64,000 nucleotides of DNA from a virus (lineage: Duplodnaviria; Caudoviricetes). The position numbers were made by a program, and so were the translations under genes. The stretch lies in the IMG/VR virus record IMGVR_UViG_3300036783_000183, positions 1 to 64,000 of that record; one strand, 5' to 3'. Shown piece after piece: positions 29,590 to 38,803 of this stretch. The notes below the pieces were generated by a model. The model made no database searches. It saw nothing but the letters and a program-made list of their open reading frames with translations, and had not been told where the DNA came from. Position 1 is the first letter of the stretch; the number at the start of each line of letters is the position of its first letter.

Positions 29590-29645
29590 GCCTGCCGCAC
29601 CTTGCCTCGCCGATGCACGCACCGCCACGCCAAGCCATGACGGCC
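29590..29645 (-). repeat. Solo GGY-NN unit
   Basis: ctgcc gcacc ttgcc tcgcc..acgcc aagcc at GACGGCC (29639). Confidence 0.65.
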
Positions 29646-29657
29646 TACGCAGGTTCC

Positions 29658-30107
29658 TTAGTCAACCTTAGCAGTCGACGCCGCATCGATCAGCGCCTGC
29701 AGCTGATCGTGGCTGACCGGCGGCGTCCGGCCGTGGTCCAGGCAGTCCAGGAACAGGCCGGCGATCTCGGGCACGGTCAGGCCCTCCTGGACCCGCTGCG
29801 CCGACCAGCCGCTGATCCGGGCGTACCAGCGGACGCCGTGCAGGCCCCGGTCGGGGCGGCGGACGGGCTCGGCGCCGGCCTTGCTGCAGGCCTGCAGGGC
29901 CAGGGCCCGCAGGGCGGGCTTGGCGATGGCCACCCGGCCGCCGGCGTCCAGCGCGGCCTGGGCGGCCTGCACCGGGTCCTCCGGCCCGCCGTTGGCCCTG
30001 CTGCGGGCGCACGCCAGGTGCCGCCCGTACAGGACCTGGGTGCCGACCGGGATCTCCTGCCCGCAGCTCGGGCAGGTGATGCCGGGTTCCCAGTTCTGGC
30101 TGAGCAC
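29658..30107 (-). CDS. Hypothetical protein with N-terminal Zn finger
   Basis: GTG after GAGGAGG; CPSCG..HLAC. Confidence 0.55.
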   Translation of the reverse strand: MLSQNWEPGITCPSCGQEIPVGTQVLYGRHLACARSRANGGPEDPVQAAQAALDAGGRVAIAKPALRALALQACSKAGAEPVRRPDRGLHGVRWYARISGWSAQRVQEGLTVPEIAGLFLDCLDHGRTPPVSHDQLQALIDAASTAKVD

Positions 30108-30156
30108 GCGTTCCTCCTCACAGCTTCCGGGGGGCAGCCGTTAATTGATTCGCGAA

Positions 30157-30178
30157 TACCAAGGTTTATTGATATTCT
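30157..30178 (+). promoter_or_regulatory. Repeated promoter/operator, copy 5
   Basis: TACCAAGGTTTATTGATA-TTCT, only 6 nt before ATG 30185 (near-leaderless). Confidence 0.75.
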
Positions 30179-30184
30179 GGGACC

Positions 30185-30631
30185 ATGAACAAGGCAGACA
30201 GGATCCGCAGCGCCGCTCCCGGCCTCAGCGAGGCCGAGATCACCCGGCTGGCCCGGGGCACGGTGGCCGAGGTCAACAGCCTTGTCCGCGCGCTGCGGCA
30301 GGCCCGGCGCGACGCGATCGATGCCGAGGCCGCGAAGCGGCGGCAGCGCAGGATCGACAACCGCACGCACGGGAACTACGACGAGGCCCAGCTGACCGAG
30401 CGCAACATCCGGGTGATCGGCAAGCAGGGCGAGCGGGCCGGCGACGGCAACCTGGACGCGCTGGCCGCGCTCGGCAGCATGCTCCGGCACGTCGATGACT
30501 GCATCGGGCTGGCCGTCGAGGGATGCCGCGCCAAGGGGTACTCCGACCCCGAGATCGCCAGCGCCCTGGGCATCTCCCGGCAGGCGATCGGCCAGCGCTA
30601 CGGCCGGAAGAAGAACGCCCGCCCGGCGTAA
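30185..30631 (+). CDS. HTH DNA-binding protein (candidate regulator)
   Basis: C-terminal GYSDPEIASALGISRQAIGQRY HTH. Confidence 0.7.
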   Translation: MNKADRIRSAAPGLSEAEITRLARGTVAEVNSLVRALRQARRDAIDAEAAKRRQRRIDNRTHGNYDEAQLTERNIRVIGKQGERAGDGNLDALAALGSMLRHVDDCIGLAVEGCRAKGYSDPEIASALGISRQAIGQRYGRKKNARPA

Positions 30632-30656
30632 AGGCCCGTTTACAGCCCCGGGCCGG

Positions 30657-31052
30657 TCAGGCCCGGGGCTGGCCGCGCTTGCGGTCGGTGAACGGCTGCT
30701 CGGACGGGATGATGTCCGGGCGGTGCTTGCGCACCTCCTCGGCGATGTGCGCCAGGCCCGCGCTCATCCGCTGCTGCGGGGTCTGCAGGGTGCCGGGCTC
30801 GGGCAGCTCGACGCCGTGCCGGGCCAGCATGATCATGGCCAGCTCGCGCCGCCTGTGCAGCAGCACGGTGCTCAGGAAGTCGGTGAACACCTGGCAGGCC
30901 AGGTCGTCGGCGGCGCCGGTCATCAGCTCGGCGACGTGCAGGATCTTCTCGATGTCGGTGATGATCGCGCGGGCGTCGGCCGGCCAGGTGGCGACCGGAA
31001 CCCACTCGACCTCGGGCTCGTCGTCCGGCTCGGGCAGCACGTCCTCGGTCAT
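30657..31052 (-). CDS. Hypothetical protein
   Basis: ATGA overlap with UDG gene. Confidence 0.55.
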   Translation of the reverse strand: MTEDVLPEPDDEPEVEWVPVATWPADARAIITDIEKILHVAELMTGAADDLACQVFTDFLSTVLLHRRRELAMIMLARHGVELPEPGTLQTPQQRMSAGLAHIAEEVRKHRPDIIPSEQPFTDRKRGQPRA

Positions 31053-31654
31053 GATCCCATCACCATCCGCATGCCCTGGGTGATCCGGCGCAGCACCGCC
31101 AGGTCCTCGGCCATCAGCTCGGCCGTATCGGTGCTGCGCAGCGCGGCGGCCGGGTGGAACGTCGGCAGCCAGGGCACCTGCAGGCTGTCCGGCCAGTCGG
31201 CGATGGCGACCGTGCCGATCCGCCCGTGGATGTCGCTGATCCGGCCGGCCAGCGGGCTGACGGCGCTCTTGGCGGTCGCGCCGCAGGTGATGACCAGGCC
31301 GGGGCGCACCGCCAGGATCTCGGCAGCCAGCCGGGCCCGGGACGCGGCTACCTCGAAGGAGTGCGGGGTCCGGTTGGACGGCGGCCGGTACAAGACCACG
31401 TTGGTGACGTAGCACATCCGCCGCTGCACGCCGACCTCGGCCAGCATCTCGAACAGCTGCCGCCCGGAACGGCCCACGAACGGCTTGCCCTGCCTGACTT
31501 CCTCCTCGCCGGGGGCCTCGCCGACCACCAGGAACGGAGCGTTAGTCGGCCCGCTGCCCGGCACCAGCAGCGACTGGGCGGCCAGCGGTTCCAGCACGAC
31601 CAGGCTCCGGTACTCCTCCTGCGCGCGGGCGATCCGCTCCTCGGCGGGCGTCAT
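31049..31654 (-). CDS. udg: Uracil-DNA glycosylase, family 4-like
   Basis: VVGEAPGEEE..GKPFVGRSG, TNVVLYRPP.NRTP, TFHPAAALR. Confidence 0.85.
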   Translation of the reverse strand: MTPAEERIARAQEEYRSLVVLEPLAAQSLLVPGSGPTNAPFLVVGEAPGEEEVRQGKPFVGRSGRQLFEMLAEVGVQRRMCYVTNVVLYRPPSNRTPHSFEVAASRARLAAEILAVRPGLVITCGATAKSAVSPLAGRISDIHGRIGTVAIADWPDSLQVPWLPTFHPAAALRSTDTAELMAEDLAVLRRITQGMRMVMGS

Positions 31655-31875
31655 CAGTGCCGCGCGTGCCGGGCCGCGCTGACGGTGGGCTGGGCCTGCT
31701 TCCAGCCCTTCTGGATGACCTGGTGCGCGGCCACGCCGAAGGCATCCCGCTCCTGCGGCTCCAGGTCAGCCCAGCGGGGCAGCGCGGCGCCCTGGAACTT
31801 CCAGCGGAGCGCGTCGCCGAGCGCCTCGTAGCAGATCCGGCCGGTCTCCGGCGACTCCTCGTACGGGACGGTCAT
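31654..31875 (-). CDS. Hypothetical protein
   Basis: 73 aa, TGATG coupling. Confidence 0.55.
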   Translation of the reverse strand: MTVPYEESPETGRICYEALGDALRWKFQGAALPRWADLEPQERDAFGVAAHQVIQKGWKQAQPTVSAARHARH

Positions 31876-32498
31876 GGCCGGTTCAGCGCATCCTCGCGGA
31901 CGAGCTGATCAGGGTTGACGCCGTAGCTCTTCAGCAGGGCCAGGGTGTCCCCGGCCACCTGGCGGATGAGGCCGGGTGCTATGTCCCAGCTGCCCGTCCG
32001 CTCCGTCAGCTCGCTGGCGATCATGAAGGCCAGCGCGTGCTGGGAGACGTACCGGTAACGCGGCTCGCCGGACGGCTCCTCGCGGACATCCCGGGGCCCG
32101 ATCAGGCGGAACGTCTCGACGCGCACCGGGTAGCCGAACTCATCCGGCGGCAGCGGGACATCCGCCATCGGGTACGTGTCGTACCGGGTGAAGTCGACCG
32201 AGAGAATCCGCTTGGTCATCCGCACGGGATAACGGCGGGTGAACCAGCCCGGCGCCTTGTCCCGCTTGAAGTGCTGCCACCAGCTGGCCGGGTACTCGAA
32301 GCTGAAGTCCTGCCGGTCGGAGAGGATCCGGGCGCCGAGCACCGAGCTGCGCAGCTGCAGCATCATCCCCTCGACGGTGTGCTCAATTGCCTTCAGCTCG
32401 GTCATGCCCTCGGCGTAGCTGCCCAGCCGGACAGGCGCCACCTTGTTCAGCTTGACCGGCAGCTGGTCCAGCACGATTTCCAGCCGGTCGGGCGTCAT
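31872..32498 (-). CDS. Hypothetical protein
   Basis: 208 aa; SWWQHFK motif; coupled. Confidence 0.6.
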   Translation of the reverse strand: MTPDRLEIVLDQLPVKLNKVAPVRLGSYAEGMTELKAIEHTVEGMMLQLRSSVLGARILSDRQDFSFEYPASWWQHFKRDKAPGWFTRRYPVRMTKRILSVDFTRYDTYPMADVPLPPDEFGYPVRVETFRLIGPRDVREEPSGEPRYRYVSQHALAFMIASELTERTGSWDIAPGLIRQVAGDTLALLKSYGVNPDQLVREDALNRP

Positions 32499-32710
32499 CC
32501 CGCCACGTCCCGGAGCGGGTCGCCGAAGGCGGATGTCTTCTCCCAGTCCGGGTGATCAGCCTCCCAGGCGTCCCGGGCGGTGACGCTGCGGGCGACCCAG
32601 AATGTCGCGCACGGGCCGAGGTGGTGCTCGAAGATCTCGCACGGGTAATCCATGTGATCCCCGGGCACCGGGGTCCGGCAGCTGCGCTGCGGGTACGCGG
32701 CCTTCTTCAC
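32495..32710 (-). CDS. Hypothetical protein
   Basis: 71 aa; HHLGPCAT motif. Confidence 0.5.
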   Translation of the reverse strand: MKKAAYPQRSCRTPVPGDHMDYPCEIFEHHLGPCATFWVARSVTARDAWEADHPDWEKTSAFGDPLRDVAG

Positions 32711-32742
32711 GCTCCTAGCATTCCATAGGCGGACCGGGCCGC

Positions 32743-33033
32743 CTAGGTCGCGCCGTCCTTAGCTTCGGCCTTCGCGATCTCATCGTCATGCCACTCGCAC
32801 AGGCACCCGTCACCAGCGCTCTCGCCCTGGCACTTGACGTGCTCCAGGCGGCGCTGATCGTAGCTCATCGTCGTCGACTGGACGTGCATCAGGCACCGGC
32901 CCGTCAGATGCGCCTGAGCTGCCTCACGGCGGGCCCGCTCCAGGGCCTCATCCAGGATCCGGGCGCGCAGCGCCTGCCGGTCAGCCAGCGGCATGCCGGC
33001 TCGCATCGTGATCGTCTCCTGCTGGTCCGTCAT
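32743..33033 (-). CDS. Hypothetical protein
   Basis: 96 aa, GGAGG RBS. Confidence 0.5.
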   Translation of the reverse strand: MTDQQETITMRAGMPLADRQALRARILDEALERARREAAQAHLTGRCLMHVQSTTMSYDQRRLEHVKCQGESAGDGCLCEWHDDEIAKAEAKDGAT

Positions 33034-33051
33034 GCCGCTGGCCTCCCTGGT

Positions 33052-33357
33052 TCAGAACTGGTCTGGTGAGGATACCGGCTCGGCGAAGACGATCTCCGGC
33101 TCGGCGGAGGCATTGCCGCCCACCTCGGTGATGAAGTCCTGCAGTTCCTGGCGGCTGAAGAACGCCCGGAAGTTCTCCGTGCTCAGCCACTCGTCCTGGA
33201 CCACGATGTAGCCGTCGCCGACGCCGAACCGGTGGTGGATCGCGCCGGCTTCCCTGGCGTCGGCGCCGATCCGGCGGTAGTCCTCGGCGCGCTCTTCCAG
33301 CGAGGTGCGGAACTTCCCGACATCGCCCTCGATCATGAGGGTCACGAGTACGGACAT
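33052..33357 (-). CDS. Dimeric alpha-beta barrel (ABM-like) protein
   Basis: GAIHHRFGVGDGYIVVQDEWLSTENFRAFF pattern. Confidence 0.6.
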   Translation of the reverse strand: MSVLVTLMIEGDVGKFRTSLEERAEDYRRIGADAREAGAIHHRFGVGDGYIVVQDEWLSTENFRAFFSRQELQDFITEVGGNASAEPEIVFAEPVSSPDQF

Positions 33358-33385
33358 GCTGATTCCCTTCCACGGGGTTGTTGTA

Positions 33386-36300
33386 TCAAGGAACCATAGC
33401 AGTGTGCCGCGCGGCGCGCTCGGTAACGGTGCCCTGCCGCTCGGCGTGGCCGTAGTAGCGGATCTCCGCCGGGACGTGAGTCAGGCCCAGCTCCAGCGCC
33501 GCGTCCCGGCGGTGGTTGCCCTCATTCAGCTCCGGGTCCTGCCCGTGGTCGACGGTGATGAACACCGGGTTGCGGATCCCGTTCTCGGCGATGTCGCGCT
33601 TGAAGTCCTCCCACTTCTCGCCCTGCCGGTTGCGGTGCTCGCCGGGTCGCTCGCCGCGTGCGCCGCGCATATTCGAGATTTCCGAAACAGGAATCATCCC
33701 GCGCTCGCTGCGGGTGATGTGGCTCGGGTCGCCCACCGTCCCCTCGTACTCGTGCACCTCCAGCTGCGGATCGGCCGCGCCGACCTTGCGGACCCGGTGC
33801 AGCGGGATCCTGGCGTGGGTCGCGGCGTAGCCCTCGGCCGAGGCGTGCCAGGCGTCGTCCGGGTGGTAGTCGATCTGGTAGGTGTCCGCGCGGTCGCCCC
33901 CGGGGGTGTGGTGCCGCCAGCGCTCGTCCGGGGCCGCCGAGGCGCGCGTGTAGCCGCTGTGCGCCTGGAAGTAGCCGCGCTGCCGCGCCAGCTCCATCTC
34001 ACTGGGATGGGCGACCCGGTACAGGTGCTCCGGGGGCTGGCCGGCCAGCAGCAGCCCGTGCGGGCCCTGCGCGATATGGCCGCCGTACAGCTCGCCGGAG
34101 GACGGCAGGACGGGCTTGTGCTCAGACGGGGGCGCGGGCTGACTCAGCACCTCGCTGAGCCGCTGCAGCAGCCTCTCCATCTCGTCATCCGGGTCGGCGG
34201 CAGCGGTCTTCACGGGCGACGGCTGGTAGCTGAACTCGTCGGTCCAGTCGCTTTGCGCCAGGCGGGCATGCGCAGCGGGCACGGTCTTGCTGTAGACCTT
34301 CTCACCGGGGCGGAAGTCCTGCGGGTAGTGCGGGGTCAGGCTCACCCAGTCGCCCGGCTGGATCTCCCCGCCGGCGCGGTACAGCGTGACGGGGTGATCG
34401 GGCTTCCCGCGAGCCCTGTCGATGATGCCCCGGAGCTGATCGGCCGGGCCGTAGAAGCCGGACCCGTACCCGTACTCGCGGTCGTAGTCCGGGTGGTCAG
34501 CCAGTTCGTGCAGGGCGGGCCCGGTCCCCGGGCGCTCAGCCGTCTGGTGCGGGAGCGCTGCCGTCGCCTGCCCGGGATGCCAGCTGGTGCCATCGGAATA
34601 ACTCACGCCGTGCTCCGAGCCCGGGTCGTGCGGGCTTATCCGCTCCGGGCCGATGTCCTGGGTGGCCATCCAGGCGGGCTTCTCGCCGCTCTTCGGGTTG
34701 GTGTAGGTCCGGTCCTCGGTCAGCGGCAGGCCGGACACGTCGATCTTGTACATGTGGTGATCGGCCATCTCCCGGCGCCAGGCGTCGGTGCCGGGGTGCC
34801 CGTGCTCGGGCGGCACGTGATAGACGCGATCGGTGGCTGTCAGGTAGACGGCCCTCGGCGGGTCATCGGGCAGCATGCCCGCGCTGGGCCGGGCCGGGAT
34901 GCCGTGCGCCAGTGTCTGCTCGTGGTACTCCGGCATCTGCACCCGGTACATGTGCTCGCCGGGCTGCCCGGTCCTGGTCTCCGGCGGCTGCTTCCAGTGC
35001 GCCCGGCCCCGGCCATAGGTAATGGCATGCCGCCGGATCACCGTCACCGGGTCGTGGGAAGCGTAGCCGCCCACTCCCCGGCCCTCCTGGACCTCACCCT
35101 GGGGCTCGACCTCGTAGACCCGCACCGGGCCCTCGTGGTAGTCATCGGTGCCCCACAGCCGCGCCTGGTCCGGGTCGGTGGTGAAGTGCACCCGGCGGTT
35201 CTCCAGGTTGCTGCGCAGCGTGGCACCGTCCGGGATCTCGGCGCGGGTGCCATGGTAGTAAGCGGCGGTCTTGCCCTGAGTGCGGAAGTCCTTGACCAGC
35301 ACCGGCACCGGCTTGTCGTAGCCCGCCTCGTTCAGCGCGAATGTCCGGTGGTGGCCGTTCCACAGCCAGGAGTTCTCGTCATCGTGGACCAGGGTGATCG
35401 GGTGGCTGGGCGGGTAGCTGTGCGTGTCGCCGCTCATCCCGCCGTGGCGCCGGGGCTGGTAGCCATGCTGGCGGATGTCCTCGGCCAGCTCGCTGATGTG
35501 GCGAGACCCGCTAGGATCCTGCATGCGCCAGGCCTCACGGCTGGCATACGGCAGAAGGTCGCGCGGGTGGATCCGCTGGACGTACTGCCGGTACAGGGCC
35601 GCCGTCTTCGTGCCGCGCGGCCGGGGCGGCTCGTAGCCCTCGTCGTGCTCGTCGCGGGCCAGCCGGTGCCGCTCCGCGCCGGGGAAGAACAGGTGCTTGT
35701 GATCGATCCAGTCGCCGACCCGGCGGACGTGCTGCAGCAGCGGCTCGCCGTCGTAGCCGACCCCGGCGATCTCGCCCCGGACCAGGTGGGCGGTCTCGTC
35801 AGGCTTGTCCTCGCCGTAGTACCGGTTGCGCTCGGCCTTGACCAGCCGGCCCTGCATCTCCTCGCGCGGGTCGTTGTCGGGGCCCTCGGTGTCCAGGTCG
35901 CAGTCCGGCTCGCACCACTCGTCATGGACGTGACCACGGTCCAGGCCGTGGTCGATATCCGGGTTGCCGTGCTTGTTCAGGTCGTAGACACTGACGCCGG
36001 TCTCGTGGTAGCCACCTGCCGGGCTGAAGGAGCGCTCGCTCTTCGGCCAGTGGCCGAACCGGAGGTAGAGACCCGTCTTCTCCGAGCCGCTGTAGTCCCA
36101 GACGGCCGTGACTGCCAAGCCCTGCCCAGACCCGCCGGGCCTTACCCGTCCAAGCGACGCCTGGCCGAGCGACAACTGCCGTGAGCTTGCCTGCTTGTCC
36201 ACCCGGCTGCGCCTGACTTTATCCCACGAAGCTGCAAAGCCGGGATGCAGTGCGCCCTCGTCCTTCAGGTCCTGGATCTCATCTTGCTTAAACCAGGCAT

Positions 36301-38803
36301 GGCCCTCGGCCTCGAAGCCGGTCGAGCCGCCGCCCTTGGGCTGGAACTTGTCCCTGGCATCAGCGACGTGGGTATCGGCGAACCAGCCGCCGTGGTCGTC
36401 GTGCACGGTGTGGTGGTGCTTGACCCGGGGCAGCGGGCCCATCTCCTCGGCCGCCTCGCGCCGGGCCCCGGCGTAGGAGTCCTCGCCACGGTGCAGCGCG
36501 CCGCCGGGCAGCGCCCAGGTTCCGGGGTGGTCGGTGGCGCCGGTCGAGGTGCGCTTCTGCAGCAGGTAGCGCTTCGTGCCCTCGTCGTCGGTGTGCCGCA
36601 GCAGCAGGAACGCGGCGCCGTGCGGGCCCCAGTGCTCGTGGCCCTGGTCGCAGGTCACGTAGCCATCGCTGTAATCCCAGTCGTCGCCACCGGATGAGGC
36701 CTGGCGGGCAGCCTCGCGGGGCTCGCGGGGCTCGCGCGGGTACTCGCCGCCGTGGAAGCGGTGGTAGGCCAGCACCCGGTCGCGCATCGCGTCGGGCTCG
36801 TCGCCGTCACTGGCATCCTCCCAGGTGCGCTCGTGCGGCTGCGGCTGCTCGCGCCACGGGGCGATGTGCTCGACGTGCGTCGTCTGGATGTCCTCCGGCT
36901 GGGCGATCGCCGAGATGTGCTTCGGGCTGTTCATGGGCCATTCCGTGGTCTTCTGCATGGCCCGCATCGCGGCCTCGCCGCCACGCCCGAGGTCGGTGTC
37001 GTACGGCCCCTCGACATCGTTGCCGTAGGTGATGCCCCGGTGCCCCTGCTCGCGCAGGTGCTGGTTGAAGCCGCCCAGGATCTCGGGCAGGTGCGGGTGC
37101 CACTGCAGGACCTGCTGGGCATGCCCGGCCACCCGCTTGAAGTACCGGGGGTGCGACGGGTCCTCGTTGGTCCACTGGCGCTCGGCCAGCTCGTCATCGC
37201 TCAGCCCGTGCGGGTTGGGCTCGCCGCCCGGCAGGTGCTCCTCGTGCCAGGCCCGGCGGGTGCCGGCCCGGTCGGAGTAGCTCCACTGCAGGCTCTGGTT
37301 CAGCTTGTCGTCGTGCCAGTGCGGGTAGTGCTTGTCGGCCCACTGGGCGACGGCCAGGTTCAGGTGGTCCTCGGTGGGATAGTGCGCCGGGTCGCGGAAG
37401 TTCAGCCGGGCGTGGACCAGCGCCCCGTGCTGGGAGGAGACGCTGCCGACGAACTTGTGCGCCACCTCGTGCAGCGGGGAGAGGTGCACGCCCAGGAGCT
37501 TGTTGGGCTGCGGCCAGCCCGAGGTCATCTCGCGCTCCCCGGGCTGCTGCTTCATGCGGTCGGCGTCGCCCCGGCGCTCGCCGAACTCCGGCGTGCCCTT
37601 GGTGCCGTGGAACCAGGTGTGATTCCATTCCGGCCGGCCGCCGAACCGGGCGGTGCCGTGATAGGGATTCGGGAACGCCTCGCTCTCAGCCACGGCCGTG
37701 CGCCAGGTGCTGAAGTGCGCCAGCAGGGATGCGTAATGGCCGGGCGCCTGGTAGGAATCGACCACGCGGAAGGCCTTCGCGCGGTAATTGCCGTGCGCGA
37801 ATCTCTCGTCCTCACCCGGCATGCCGTACGGCTCAATATCCCCGACCGGCTCGACCTTATGGACATGGACCGGGGTATCAGTCAGCGGGCTGAAATCGCG
37901 CATCGAGCCGAAGTACCGGGCATTCTCCGGGCTTGTCGTCGCGTGGACATAATCCCCGCCGTGAATGGAGTACCCGGGATTGCGCCCCTCCGGGGTGAGT
38001 ACCGTGCCCGGCTCGAATCTGTCCAGGCTGCCGTGATACAGCGGAACGGCCGGATCCCAGGCGGCGAAGTGCGACAGCAGGTCAGCAGCCAGGTGATGGC
38101 TGGGCTGCCCGAAGTCATGCCGGGTCCACTCGTGCTCGCCGCCGCGCTTCCAGGAGATCCCGGTCAGCCGCACCGGGGCGCCGTACTTCAGCGGGATCTC
38201 GTGCTCCGAGCGCGGGTGGTCGAAGCCGTACATGTGCCGGGCTTCGAGGTTGTCCGGGTCGTGCTCGATCTCGTGACGCTCCGGGCTCTGCGCGTGCAGC
38301 ACGATGTGAGTGACCGAGGGCTTGGGCCCGTGCACGCCGACCGGGCCCTCATCCCAGTCCTCGGAGCCCCAGCTCTTCCCCGCCTCCTCGCTGGGCGTCC
38401 AGTGCACGCCCAGGTGGCCCTCGGTGTCCGAGCCCCAGGGGATGTCCTCCTGGGTGCCGCCGTGGAATCCCTCCCGGTGCAGGTAGCTCCGCAGAGCATG
38501 AGCCCGCTCGGCCACCGGGCGGGATTGATCGTGGACAACCTGGTGGACATCACCGGGCAGCTCCCTGGGGAAGCCACGGTGCATGCCGTGCTGGAACGGC
38601 AGGTGCACGCTCCAGTCGGTGTAGGTGTCCCGGTGCTGCTCGGCCTCGATCGGGTCATCGTGGTACCCGTGCACCGGGCACTCGCGCATCTGCTCGCATT
38701 CCTCGTGCGAGCTGGCCTCGTTCTCGATGTCCTCGTCGTCGAGCGGCTCGCCGCAGTGGATGCAGTCAGGCCGGGCGCCGAAGTGCGCCATCAGGTCAGG
38801 CAT
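33386..38803 (-). CDS. Giant polyvalent protein (1805 aa): multiple ART-like, NUDIX, 2 ParB-like domains
   Basis: Perfect NUDIX box GGALHRGEDSYAGARREAAEEMG (~36438-36506); LYHGS/YYHGT/WFHGT ART-like starts; WNGHHR and NEGNHRR ParB motifs. Confidence 0.85.
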   Translation of the reverse strand: MPDLMAHFGARPDCIHCGEPLDDEDIENEASSHEECEQMRECPVHGYHDDPIEAEQHRDTYTDWSVHLPFQHGMHRGFPRELPGDVHQVVHDQSRPVAERAHALRSYLHREGFHGGTQEDIPWGSDTEGHLGVHWTPSEEAGKSWGSEDWDEGPVGVHGPKPSVTHIVLHAQSPERHEIEHDPDNLEARHMYGFDHPRSEHEIPLKYGAPVRLTGISWKRGGEHEWTRHDFGQPSHHLAADLLSHFAAWDPAVPLYHGSLDRFEPGTVLTPEGRNPGYSIHGGDYVHATTSPENARYFGSMRDFSPLTDTPVHVHKVEPVGDIEPYGMPGEDERFAHGNYRAKAFRVVDSYQAPGHYASLLAHFSTWRTAVAESEAFPNPYHGTARFGGRPEWNHTWFHGTKGTPEFGERRGDADRMKQQPGEREMTSGWPQPNKLLGVHLSPLHEVAHKFVGSVSSQHGALVHARLNFRDPAHYPTEDHLNLAVAQWADKHYPHWHDDKLNQSLQWSYSDRAGTRRAWHEEHLPGGEPNPHGLSDDELAERQWTNEDPSHPRYFKRVAGHAQQVLQWHPHLPEILGGFNQHLREQGHRGITYGNDVEGPYDTDLGRGGEAAMRAMQKTTEWPMNSPKHISAIAQPEDIQTTHVEHIAPWREQPQPHERTWEDASDGDEPDAMRDRVLAYHRFHGGEYPREPREPREAARQASSGGDDWDYSDGYVTCDQGHEHWGPHGAAFLLLRHTDDEGTKRYLLQKRTSTGATDHPGTWALPGGALHRGEDSYAGARREAAEEMGPLPRVKHHHTVHDDHGGWFADTHVADARDKFQPKGGGSTGFEAEGHAWFKQDEIQDLKDEGALHPGFAASWDKVRRSRVDKQASSRQLSLGQASLGRVRPGGSGQGLAVTAVWDYSGSEKTGLYLRFGHWPKSERSFSPAGGYHETGVSVYDLNKHGNPDIDHGLDRGHVHDEWCEPDCDLDTEGPDNDPREEMQGRLVKAERNRYYGEDKPDETAHLVRGEIAGVGYDGEPLLQHVRRVGDWIDHKHLFFPGAERHRLARDEHDEGYEPPRPRGTKTAALYRQYVQRIHPRDLLPYASREAWRMQDPSGSRHISELAEDIRQHGYQPRRHGGMSGDTHSYPPSHPITLVHDDENSWLWNGHHRTFALNEAGYDKPVPVLVKDFRTQGKTAAYYHGTRAEIPDGATLRSNLENRRVHFTTDPDQARLWGTDDYHEGPVRVYEVEPQGEVQEGRGVGGYASHDPVTVIRRHAITYGRGRAHWKQPPETRTGQPGEHMYRVQMPEYHEQTLAHGIPARPSAGMLPDDPPRAVYLTATDRVYHVPPEHGHPGTDAWRREMADHHMYKIDVSGLPLTEDRTYTNPKSGEKPAWMATQDIGPERISPHDPGSEHGVSYSDGTSWHPGQATAALPHQTAERPGTGPALHELADHPDYDREYGYGSGFYGPADQLRGIIDRARGKPDHPVTLYRAGGEIQPGDWVSLTPHYPQDFRPGEKVYSKTVPAAHARLAQSDWTDEFSYQPSPVKTAAADPDDEMERLLQRLSEVLSQPAPPSEHKPVLPSSGELYGGHIAQGPHGLLLAGQPPEHLYRVAHPSEMELARQRGYFQAHSGYTRASAAPDERWRHHTPGGDRADTYQIDYHPDDAWHASAEGYAATHARIPLHRVRKVGAADPQLEVHEYEGTVGDPSHITRSERGMIPVSEISNMRGARGERPGEHRNRQGEKWEDFKRDIAENGIRNPVFITVDHGQDPELNEGNHRRDAALELGLTHVPAEIRYYGHAERQGTVTERAARHTAMVP
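36101..36180 (-). repeat. Solo GGY-NN unit embedded in-frame in the 1805-aa CDS
   Basis: GACTGCC (36110) + 11 pentamers + 2 nt + AACTGCC (36174) = 64 nt. Confidence 0.75.
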
